From: Podarcis gaigeae
Taxonomy: Eukaryota
Reading direction: 5' to 3' (one strand)
Assembly (NCBI GenBank): GCA_964106915.2
Contig: OZ066916.1
Length of the DNA: 64,000 bases
Position numbers and translations under genes: made by a program. Shown piece after piece: positions 53,733 to 64,000 of this stretch. Position 1 is the first letter of the stretch; each line of letters opens with the position of its first letter. Below the pieces are notes generated by a model. The model did not search any database and was not told the origin of the DNA. It worked only from the letters and a program-made list of their open reading frames with translations.

Positions 53733-53906
53733 GATTATCAAACTTGGCTTGATCTTCGGGAGTTTGAAACTCGCATCGGAGAGCGTTATATTACCCATGA
53801 AAGTGATGATGCTCGCTGGGAAGAACATGCGTATGAGCACAATCTTGTATACCCCAAACATTTCATTATGGCCCCCAATCCAGATGATATGGAGGAAGAC
53901 CCATAA
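53733..53906 (+). CDS. PRKD3: PRKD3 final coding exon
   Basis: [29 protein letters not shown]...[12 protein letters not shown]; lacks the PDZ-binding tail of PKD1/PKD2, which supports PKD3. Confidence 0.97.
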   Translation, partial: DYQTWLDLREFETRIGERYITHESDDARWEEHAYEHNLVYPKHFIMAPNPDDMEEDP

Positions 53907-54520
53907 TTGTTACCCAGGGAAAGGCACTTAACTTAAACCATTACTGATACTCTGATGGAGCAAGTATTGCTCTTTGCTCTTCAGTCTATAAAGCAGTGAA
54001 GGATCTTCCATCAGTTTTTGGATGGACTAGATGACTTGGGAAAGGCTCCACATCTCTAGTTACTATGACTATGAATGTGATCCGGCACTGGGTTAAAAGC
54101 CATGAAATATTTGTGTTAACATTGCCTTACTGGTACATCACAGTGATGTTACTGGCCGATGAAGTGCACAGAGACTTGATGTAGTATGTGAAATTTCCAG
54201 GGTTTTTGTAGTTTACACAATAACAAAATAATTTTAATGGTTTTCTAGTTCCTACCTACTAAGCCATAGAATACTATTTTCTGGTATTTAGATACATCTG
54301 TTATGAAGCTGTAGAGAAACCTGAAATATATACCATGACCAAATAACTACAACAATGCTTGATTTTTAAGCCCCATACAAAACACTGGTAGAATATTTAT
54401 TTAGCAGGTATGAGTTGGAAAAGCAATAAAAGGGAGCCAATAACTTTAAGGCAGATTTGTGGTCCTTCTGCTTAACTAGAGTAGCCTCTTGATGTATGGA
54501 AGTGCAGAGCACTGAAAGTA

Positions 54521-54774
54521 CAGTCATACCTTGGGTTGAATATGCTTCATGTTGAGTACGTTCGAGTTGCGCTCTGTGGCAACCCAGAAGTAATGGAGCG
54601 TGTTACTTCCGGGTTTTGCCGCTCGCGCATGTGCAGATGCTCAAAATGACGTCATACGCAGAAGCGGCGAAAAGTGACGCGTGCGTGCGCAGACGTGCCG
54701 TCGCTAATTACGTTTGCTTCTGGATGCAAACGGGGCTCCGGAACAGATCCCGTTCGCATTCTGAGGTACCACTG
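54521..54774. mobile_element. Tc1/mariner (Tigger-like) MITE, CpG-rich, in the PRKD3 3' region
   Basis: TA|CAGTCATACCTTGG ... CTGAGGTACCACTG|TA; same right end as the 20403-20644 element. Confidence 0.85.
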
Positions 54775-57700
54775 TACTCCATAATCCCACTTAATACAGA
54801 CAAGGTGTGTTTTCACCTTAACATTTACATTAGGAGAACAGTAAAGCATTATGGTGAATTATCATTGTGTGGCAGTTGTTAGTGTGACCTTGAGGCTTAT
54901 GGAGGGCTTTCGGCCTTAATTTATCGATAGACTAGGATCCAGAGATGTAATTTGCATATTGCTGCAAAGAAAAAAGTGCTCCACTGGTTGTTTTTGAGCG
55001 CAACAGTTCCGTGTGCTAGACATAAACTTTTAAAAGCAATTGGTATCTTCTGCAGTGGGAATTGTTGCACCAGATAGAATAAACTGAAGCTCCTGCTGTG
55101 TGTATTGTTCCCTCTCACATATCACATATTACATATTTGGCTCCAGCCAATTAGCATCCAGTGCACAACTAAGATCTTCAGTTGTTTAGCCTTCCACTGT
55201 GGAAACGTGATTTGTGGTGGGAAGTTTAAGGTAGTAGGTGCATCACAATAGCCTTGTGGTGGTGGGGGGGGCGCGCATACTTCTGTGCTGTCATTCATTT
55301 TGGTCTGAAAGAGATTTGTCTGCTGCAGTTTGGCCCCAAAGAATCTTTTAATTTCTTGAAAGGAATAACATTTTACTTAATTTCCAATTAATTCTAGTAA
55401 CTAGATTCCACAGTGTAATATATCCTTAGGATCTCTGGTGTCATGGAAGAAGATGCGGTCATTTATGTTTCCAGGTTGCTCTTTGCTTTCTGCTCTTTGC
55501 TTTTCTTCTGCTTTCATTAAACCCTGTAGTCTAGCAAAATCACTCTTAGCTGCTGGTGATCAGGGGGTTGTGGCCTTTTGCCTCCCACTTGCTGGGTTTG
55601 TCACTCAGAAGTTAAGGGTGGAAAGAGTTTGCCTCCCTCCCTCCTTCCTGCCCCACACAAATTTACTTGCAAGGCACTCTGCTTGATGCAGTTGGCTTCT
55701 TCTTAAAAGATCTATTGATAGGAAAAGGATGGGAAGTGCCTTGGAGGAAGGGCTAACACCTGCCACCCCTTTCTTCCTTTCCCTTCCTGCCAGCAGGTCT
55801 GCTTACAAAACACTTACATTTAATCCACACAGTTCTCAATTACAGATGAGAATCAATTTGGCAAGCACTCCTGATTTAATGAGTATGAATGGGTGGTACG
55901 TTATAGATAAAAAAGTTAACACAGTTATATGAATTCACTTCCTGGCCACTGTTTGTTCCATCATAGTGTTAATTATTGCTGTCTGAATAGTTCTGTTTTG
56001 CATCTGCTTTCTTCTTTCTGATTTCCTGTCCATCTCCTTCCTCAGGTCGGTCTTCAGCATCTTCTCTTCTTCAACTGTCATCAGCTGACTTCTTTTCACT
56101 TTGCTTTCTCCCAGCATTTCATGCCCTCCTTTCACTTGCCCTGCATTCTGTGTCATTACAGGACTAGGCTTTACACTTGACATAAAAGTTATTCCTCTGC
56201 ATGTCTGTGAATTACAACTATGTAAAGAGCAAGAGAGGAACACAGAAGAAGAATCTCAAAAATCTTATCACAATAAGGAAGGTCCAGTGCATACATTCCC
56301 TTACGTTAAACCAAATTTTTTGATCTGGAGAAATGATGGCAGCAGCAGTTCAAGAACAAGGCTATATGAAGATAACCTAAAGCAGTCTCAGAACATTAAA
56401 GGCTACTGGACAACCAGTGCAAATGTCACTAAAGTAAATCTAAAATAGAAACCTTGCTTAATTTTTTATTTCATCTCCACCAACTGTTCTATTTATAATA
56501 GAGGACTGGCAAACAAATGAACTAACCTGGATCTAGTTATGAAGTTAACATTTTCAGGGAAATGTGGTCTACAATTGAAATAAGCTGTATATAAATGTCA
56601 GCAAGAACCAGATGTGCAGTTGAAGCGTTCTGTGAAATTTTCATGGCAACACTTGCTCTGGCCAAGGCATGCTGCTGTAGCTGTTGCAGCAAAAAACTTC
56701 AAAGTAAGTTCCAACAGTGTGTGGCCTCATCTCTAGCATATAGCTTCATTTGATCATGACCTTTAATAGCTGTTCATAGGCCAGTTTATTTTCCAAATCC
56801 TCTAACAGCAAAAGGATTTGGCCACCTCTCCATCTCTTCCTCTTGACCTTAAATTTATTAGTGTGTTCTGGATACTCTGTGAGCATTCAGTATAATGGAA
56901 TTTTCTATGCTGTACAATCTCCAATTAGATTGCCACAAGTAGAGGAAAATGTGTTGAATAATGGAGTACACTATGATGGAGCAAGCTTTAGAAGAACCTT
57001 GTATAATTATTTAATTTGAAACAAATATTGTTGCTTGTAGTGTTTTGTTGCTTTGTTTCAGTTGCCAGACAAACTTACAGACAAACTCAATTTCAGTGGT
57101 AGCATTTCTCTAATGTGCAAATTTTAGATGAATGGTGCAATTCACAAACTCCTTATTTCAGTCTAGCAGGAGTGAAGCAGAACAAAGACTGTGTGTCATT
57201 GGGTTACAGATTCATAGTCTTATGAGGCATATGAGTTGGAACGGCAGGATATATGAAATATGGGGGGTTATTCTTCCATTTGTGTGTCTCCCTTGATTTA
57301 TGTGAGCGGCCTCAGCTAAAAAATACTGAGGTAATGTGATGTGAAAATTCTGCCTGTGGCATTTTGATTTATGAAGACTATTTTCCATTTGCAACTCATC
57401 ACTGGATGTTGCTGTCACTGAATAGAGAACATGCATTTATAAGTTCACTTAGATCCTTAGATTTGAACTTTCATTAGCCCCAGCCACCACGTCCAATGGG
57501 CAAGGATAATGGGAGTAGGAGTCTAATAACATATTGAGGACCATGTGTTCACCACCATTTCTAAAAGAGGTTTGTAGTGCACCTATGGCCTGCTTCAAAC
57601 CAGAATTTTCACTAACTCACTGATGTTTACTGTGACCCACATGAATCACTGGCCTAATTTCAGACATATTTGTTGAACAGATTTTGAGAGTCAGCTATGC

Positions 57701-59242
57701 ACCTGCAGTTCTTCATGTCTTTGCTCTGTATTCAGAATACTTGGACTGAAACTTTTTGTATCTTATTTTGTTATCCCATTACAAACTCCAATGTGACATG
57801 GTAATTAATGTATAAAAGTACTGATTATGTAGCCAGAGTTACCTACATGACTGATGCTTTTATTATTGAAGTGAGTGGACAACCAAGAATCTTTTTGATG
57901 GCAGGAACTTTGCCAAAGCAGTAACATGTAAATTGGGCCAGTGGGTTGCAAGTAACATGTGGATTCAAAGAACATGCATTTCTACAATCTTGAATTGGAA
58001 ATTGTTCCAGGGAATAAATTTCTACAAGTAGGGGAGACCCTCTGAAATAATGCAGCTGTTTGGAAATGCAAGAGACAAGTTTAATGTGGATGAAGCCTTC
58101 TCCAAACCACAGAGTCCAAAATAATGAGCCAGGAACTTTTAGCAGATTATCCTTGTAGTTAAGCTACAAATGTATTCAAAGTAAATATAGAAAATATTCT
58201 AGAAAATGTTTCTCACCTATAGAAAAGGTCATTGTAATTTTATTGTCATCAGTTTCTTAACCTTTTCTACTGTAGGCGTGGGAAGCAGTGCTCTCAGTGG
58301 GGAGAATCCACAGCAGAGATGAGAATGACTAAGTCTCAAAGGCAGTCAAAATGTCATGGATAAGTGAAATGATTGGAAGCCCCTATCATAAATAGTCCAA
58401 TCATGTTGTAAAATTATTGGAAGCTACTGTTCAATTTTTTTTAATATACAGCTGGAACTATTCTGTATTTATAGCATGGTATTGAACACTGAAAGTAGCT
58501 GTTCTAGCAAAGCACATTTTGTTGTGGCATAACTATTAATCTATTGGAAGTGTTCATAGATGTTTCACTGTTTTGTCTTATTGTTTCTTTGTAAACTTAT
58601 GCAACAAAAGAATAGGATCCATATTATTTCGGATTGACTCAGTTGTTATCCTATAGATGTCTACTCAGAAATAAGTCCCCTTGAGTTCAGTGGGGTTTGC
58701 TTCCAGGTAGGTGTATATAGAATTGCAGCCTTAAGATCGGTTGTAGCATCAGAGAGCCATATTTAAAAAGCAGCAAAGCGAGTCAAGAATGTACAGTGTC
58801 AGGTATGCTTCTTGATTTAATTTCAGGATTCAGGATAGCAAAATTTTGGACCAGTAGGGTAGGAATAAAAGCCCTGTTGTGGTTAAAGATGAGAAATAAC
58901 TGGAATGTTTCTACTCTATAACAGCTGTTACACACATTTCACAAACCATAAATAAACTGCATAGCTTGCACTCTAACTTTCCAATGAATGCCTACAAATA
59001 TTATTAAATCAAAGCTTTAAGTCACTGAAGGTTGGCATTAAATCTGTTGCTCCAGATGAATTTGTACCCAGTGTTGCATTATCATTAATCTTTGTCTTTC
59101 AGTTAAGTTGCATTCATTGAAGAAATAGTTCTGTATTGATGCTAGAAGATATTCATGTAAAACTTGTAGCCTCAAAAAGACACTGTCAAGTACTTTTTAT
59201 ATTTTTATATGTCCCGTTGTTTGTAAATATCCTCTAAGCTTG

Positions 59243-59258
59243 AAAATAAATTTTATTT
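59243..59258. terminator. Back-to-back poly(A) signals (AATAAA on + at 59245-59250; AATAAA on - at 59257-59252)
   Basis: Sequence aaaataaattttattt between convergent genes. Confidence 0.6.
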
Positions 59259-59453
59259 CCCTATCACGCGTCTTTTCCCCACTACTGTATCCTCTGTACT
59301 TCCTCTAACTTTGGTAACTGTATCAAAATCCCTGTGTGCAGGCATTGTTACAGAAAGGCAACGTGAATGTTACGAGACCTATCTACATACCGCTATTTCC
59401 ATGATTCGCAATGGGAAGCCTGCACCGTTCTCTTAAAGCATTCACATTGTGGT

Positions 59454-59669
59454 TCACTTCCATGAGAGTTCACCAAAGCCAGCAACAAATGCTGAATGTG
59501 TTGTTGAGTCTTTTGACTTCTTTTGCTGATCTGAAGCTGTAAATCTGGAGTGAGGTAACATGGCAAAAAAGTGGAAACGTCCTCCCATTTTATCCAGGTC
59601 CATTAGCATTTCGTAACTTCGAAGCAGCTGAGTCTGAATGGCTGCATCATTGACACTTTTCAATAGTAC
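59454..59669 (-). CDS. NDUFAF7: NDUFAF7 (mitochondrial protein arginine methyltransferase, MidA-like), final coding exon
   Basis: VLLKSVND...LLRSYEMLMDLDKMGGRFHFFAMLP...VAGFGELSWK*. Confidence 0.93.
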   Translation of the reverse strand, partial: VLLKSVNDAAIQTQLLRSYEMLMDLDKMGGRFHFFAMLPHSRFTASDQQKKSKDSTTHSAFVAGFGELSWK

Positions 59670-59963
59670 CTAAATGGGAAAATGAATTGTTTTAATCCCC
59701 TTTAAAACTGCAGAATTGTCCAATTGTGCTACCTGTAACTTGGCTACTTTCCATCCTAGAATTACATCAATCTCCTGCCCTTCCAAATTTGTATATTCTG
59801 AATTTTAACTTGTTCATTTGATAAATTTATATCCCACCCTTCAAAGTAAATAATACAGGTTCTGTCTCCCATTACAATGAGACTTAAATCAGCTACAGAT
59901 AATCTAAGTGTATTCAGTTAAGTAAGACTAGTTTTTATAAACTAGCCAGAAAATGGCTCCTAC

Positions 59964-60137
59964 CTGCAGTCTGATATCAATGCCCATATTTTTCAAAAAA
60001 TCATGTTGCTTTATGGGACCCAAGGTTGCTACTCTTTCCTGTGCTATTTTTCGCAGGTAACTGAAGTCAACATCTGCTGTGAGGTCCGCTGTTCCTGGAG
60101 ATATTAAGACATTGTGAAGTTCATGTCCACGGAATCC
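59964..60137 (-). CDS. NDUFAF7: NDUFAF7 exon
   Basis: GFRGHELHNVLISPGTADLTADVDFSYLRK...LGPIKQHDFLKNMGIDIRLQ; 174 nt. Confidence 0.96.
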
Positions 60138-60525
60138 CTGAAAAATAATAGAAATGGGGGGGGGGGGAGAGGAATGGTTCACTTAGACCCTGCAGCTTTT
60201 TAGGTTGCAGACAAAAATAGAGCACAGAGGAAAAACGACCTCCAATTATAAAAAGGGAATTTTTAAAGTTAATAATTATGATTTTTGAAGAATTGTATGC
60301 TGTCTTAAGCTAGAAATGGCTCCCTTTCCAAAACCTCACCACTTATTCCTGGCTATAACATTATTGGCAACAGATAAATGCCACAAAATGGTGCACTTCT
60401 ACTCCACCTTTTACCGCAAAACTACTTTAGTAACTGCCCCAGGTAGTAGAGAAGAAATTTTAGCTTTGGAAAAAACAGACTGTTCACGCAAACTGTCCTG
60501 TAGGAACCTTTATAAATCAACCTAC

Positions 60526-60669
60526 CCTGAATGTATCTGTTTTGGTTCCATTGTGGCCATAATCTACAATCAGTGCATTGCCTCCATTCTTTTCAATATT
60601 ATGGGCCAGCTTCTGGATGATGATACCAGCATCAGGACACACTTCCACATGATCTCTGGATTCTTTGTT
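60526..60669 (-). CDS. NDUFAF7: NDUFAF7 exon
   Basis: NKESRDHVEVCPDAGIIIQKLA...GGNALIVDYGHNGTKTDTFR; 144 nt. Confidence 0.95.
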
Positions 60670-61318
60670 CTAAATGAGAATTCAGGGGTTGAACAAACAG
60701 TTATGTAGCAGTATATGTACACATGCCTACAGCTATAAGTCCTGACACTTTCCTGCAGCTTCCCTCATGAGAATTTTGGGTTGTGAGTTTTATGGGAGGA
60801 CATGAATCGTCCATCAAACCTGTAATTCTCAGGATTCCCTGCAGGGAAACGATAGTAGGAAATCTGCAAGACGGGGTTTGTCACATGTCTATCTGGATCC
60901 TACATTTGTTATGAAATAAAACCCCTTGTCGGAATAAACTAGATGCGAGATTTGTTGCATTTTAGTAATGGTCTTACTGGTTATTTTGATAAACACCAGG
61001 TAAGCTGCTATACAAGATTCTATAAAGTTTTCCTTAGGAATCTATAGCTTAATATTCTGCTTGTCCATCTCTTTTCCTAAAATGAAATACAGATGTATCA
61101 CACTTACTGGTCTGGTTTCACATAGCAAGTAGCCTTTACAATTTTATTGCATGTAACAAATGCATACTAAGATGTTCTCAATAAAAACCGCCAGATAAGT
61201 ATGTTTGAAACAGTGATAATAACTGCAGTAAGTACATTTTGAAAACAGTGAGCAGCTCAAAATATGTAACACAATGGCAGTATTAGCTGGATGGAGAGGA
61301 TTATATAAGCGAGCTTAC

Positions 61319-61432
61319 ATGTATGAAGGCTTTTGCAGCAGGAGTAGCAGATGGCGCAAGGACAAATCGCAGCTTGTCAGGAGTGTCTGGATCAATGTCA
61401 ACCAACAACTCACGCCACCCCTTTTCTGTTTT
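61319..61432 (-). CDS. NDUFAF7: NDUFAF7 exon
   Basis: KTEKGWRELLVDIDPDTPDKLRFVLAPSATPAAKAFIH; 114 nt. Confidence 0.95.
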
Positions 61433-62754
61433 CTGTTAATTTAAAAATAAGTTGGATACGGATTTTATTGAACATTGTCAGCTACACTGTTTACCATTTC
61501 ATGTAAGTTTATTCAAGGATATGCTCTTGACAAAAAAAGCGCCGATTAATCATTTATTATACTTTTACATCTCAGTGAAGTTCTTTAAAAGCAAACATGA
61601 ATAGATTTTGCTTCACTAATTTGTACCTTTGTGGTAAAGTTCCTGCTGTATTCCTTAGTATTCTGACCAGTAGAAACAAAAAACCCAGTCAACTGTGTTG
61701 ATCCATTATTACACACATCTGCACATCTGAAAGCAGCTGTGTAATGTTTAATATCCAATTTATTAGAATCAGCATGGCAGTAATCCTGTGCATAGTTTCC
61801 TATAAGCTCTTATCAAAACTCAGTGGTACTTGCCTCTGACAGGATAGATTGTAAAACACAGTGGGCATTAACAAAATATTGTGAGGCAGCTGAAATGCAA
61901 GTGTTAGCTTTTAATTAGGAATGCATTTAAGCTGGAAGGAAGCTCATGAAAAAGAGAGGAAGCAATCTCCAGCCTCAGCTTGCCTGTTTCCCTCATTCTC
62001 TGACTTCTATGCTAATTTTTTAGAAACACCAGGAAAACTGAAAGTGGCCTTACCACCACATTCACCTCCCAGCAAGGAAAGTCCATCAGTAACTTTGCTA
62101 TTCTAGCAGATTTCATGTCTTCTGTTCTGAAACAGTCCTGGAGCAGTGCTCCCCTACACTTCTCCTCCAATACACCACTAATACTGGCCAGTAATAATAT
62201 TATTTATTAAATTTGTAAATTTGTAAAAAAACAAATATTTATACAAATTTATATGATTTGTATACCAACCTTGTAGACTAGATAAACAAGTGTGCAACTA
62301 GCAAAAGAATAACACAAATCCTGCCATTGCCTATTTAAATCAATAGATGTAGTTAAAAGCAGAATCTTGTATTATTACAAGACTGCTGACATGTCTGTGT
62401 ACAGTGCAAGTACTTGATGATTATTCCCTACGATCTTGGTTTCCAAAATTAGAATACATGCACTGTATCTAAATATAAAACTTTTGCTATATAAAAAATG
62501 CTGGGAATTCTGAAATAACCAGGATGAATTTAACTTAATGATTTGACTTATTTTGTATAATATATACACTTCATTGTACAAAATAAGTTGTCGTTAAGTT
62601 AAATTCATTTCTGTCATTCCATGTACTTATTAAAGCATGTCAGTTCCATGACACAAACATACTTGCTCTCTACCTCCACTGGATTGTAGTTTTGTTCTCT
62701 TTCTAAATAGTAAATACTTTTAAAGTCAAGTCATGCAATAAAGAGCTATCATAC

Positions 62755-62813
62755 CTGAAATTTGTGTATAGGAAGAGCGTCAAAAAATTCATGTGCTAAA
62801 TAAAAACTGAAGC
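62755..62813 (-). CDS. NDUFAF7: NDUFAF7 exon
   Basis: GFSFYLAHEFFDALPIHKFQ; 59 nt. Confidence 0.95.
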
Positions 62814-63146
62814 CTAAAGGAAAAACAAAGTGTCAATCAAATTACAACATCTGAAACTAACTTTTTCCACTTAAATAGCATCCAAAGTCTTCACTTGGAA
62901 CGGCTGTATGAGGTATCTGTTGCACTAGCTTCAAAACTAAAATTTCAAGCACAGTATGAAGAACCATTAGAAAATTGTTTTACCACCACAAAAATTGAAA
63001 CCTTCAAAAACAGATTTACTATAAACATTTTGCAATCAAACTATCCAAACTCACATTAAAACATACCAAGGAGAAGCAGATCTACAGTTATATAGCCTCT
63101 GGACACCCCACCACTGCAAAGCTTAAAAAGAACTAATGACAGTTCA

Positions 63147-63154
63147 ATATATGC

Positions 63155-63217
<63 letters not shown>
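63147..63217. repeat. Compound microsatellite (TG)n(CG)n(CA)n
   Basis: Uninterrupted alternating purine-pyrimidine tract of ~70 bp. Confidence 0.95.
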
Positions 63218-63218
<1 letters not shown>

Positions 63219-63232
63219 GCAACAAACCTTAC

Positions 63233-63440
63233 CTTCTGGCACATCATTCAGGTCTTGGTACCAGAAAATTGGCAGCCTGGTCTTAGTAACCCCTTGCATG
63301 TAGGTAGTGGGACTCTCTGTTAATTCTGTCTTTCCTTCTGTGAGCACTGATGCTTGAATCTCACTTAATTTTGGACTGATTTCCACCAAATGAACAGAAA
63401 TATCACATTTACTAAGGACAGAACTCAGCTGATTAAAAAC
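63233..63440 (-). CDS. NDUFAF7: NDUFAF7 exon (upstream exons lie beyond the window)
   Basis: VFNQLSSVLSKCDISVHLVEISPKLSEIQA...LPIFWYQDLNDVPE; 208 nt. Confidence 0.95.
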
Positions 63441-64000
63441 CTGTAAATGAAGAAGTTTAGTTAGAGACAAAGAACAGGTAGTGATTTTATAAAATTCTTC
63501 AAGGCTGTGCTTAAAAGACTTCTACAATAGTTTTATAGTTATTAGGTTGTATCCAATGTTGCCTGTATGTGAGCAGAATGGATTTCCTCTCATGCAATGC
63601 GGCTTTGCATTCTTCTTTCCCCTCCCACACTCAAAATCCACTCTGGAGAACTAGGGGAGACAGCTGAGAAGATTTGGAAGGGGGCACGGGAGGGACTAAT
63701 GAGAAGAGTCCTGTTACGCAAGCAAAACTCTACTTGTGCAACATTGGATTCCTCCCTTTATTTTTCGAAATGATAGTGGTTTTTCTCAAGCACTTAGGGT
63801 TAAATGGCACGTCAGCTACCTTGGCCTCACAATGAAATTCCTGAAGTTAAACCAGAAAGGCAGGGATATAAATTTGTTTTGCAGGCCAATAAGGCAGAAA
63901 CTGGTAGGTACTAGGGACCAAAGAACAGTTGAAAATCAATGATACACAGGCAGAATTTCTAAAAACCATAACTCTGCTGTGCCTCACAAAGGCTTGTTTT

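Larger units (their letters stand above)
53907..59275 (+). other. PRKD3: Probable PRKD3 3' UTR (longest form; several internal AATAAA)
   Basis: AATAAA at 54425, 55078, 58013, 58864, 58951 and 59245; U-rich stretch and TGTAAATA just before 59245; true end not demonstrable from sequence. Confidence 0.55.

Noticed and set aside
53749-53931. Alternative-frame ORF overlapping the last PRKD3 exon
   Set aside because: Non-ATG start; shadow frame of a real coding exon

Overview
Vertebrate genomic DNA, most likely a lacertid lizard (inferred from Sauria/Squam1, Squam2 and Squam3-type SINEs). The window holds a complete PRKD3 gene (protein kinase D3) on the + strand: a CpG-island promoter at ~5.6-6.95 kb, a probable non-coding exon 1, 18 coding exons (11166-53906; 2673 nt = 890 aa + stop, all GT-AG, phases consistent) and a probable ~5.3 kb 3' UTR. 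It converges tail-to-tail with the last six coding exons of NDUFAF7 on the - strand (63440-59454). Introns carry many MITEs (Tc1/mariner, hAT), SINEs and LINE 3' fragments (L1, CR1, L2), several with intact target-site duplications. There is an assembly gap at 1240-1382. I see no wholly new multi-gene system. The best leads are: a hydrophobic 28-aa uORF micropeptide opening a 725-nt, 13-uAUG PRKD3 leader; a palindromic back-to-back poly(A) signal between the two convergent genes; a possible antisense alternative terminal exon for NDUFAF7 inside the PRKD3 3' UTR; a long orphan hairpin upstream of the promoter; and a self-complementary (TG)(CG)(CA) microsatellite beside an NDUFAF7 splice donor.
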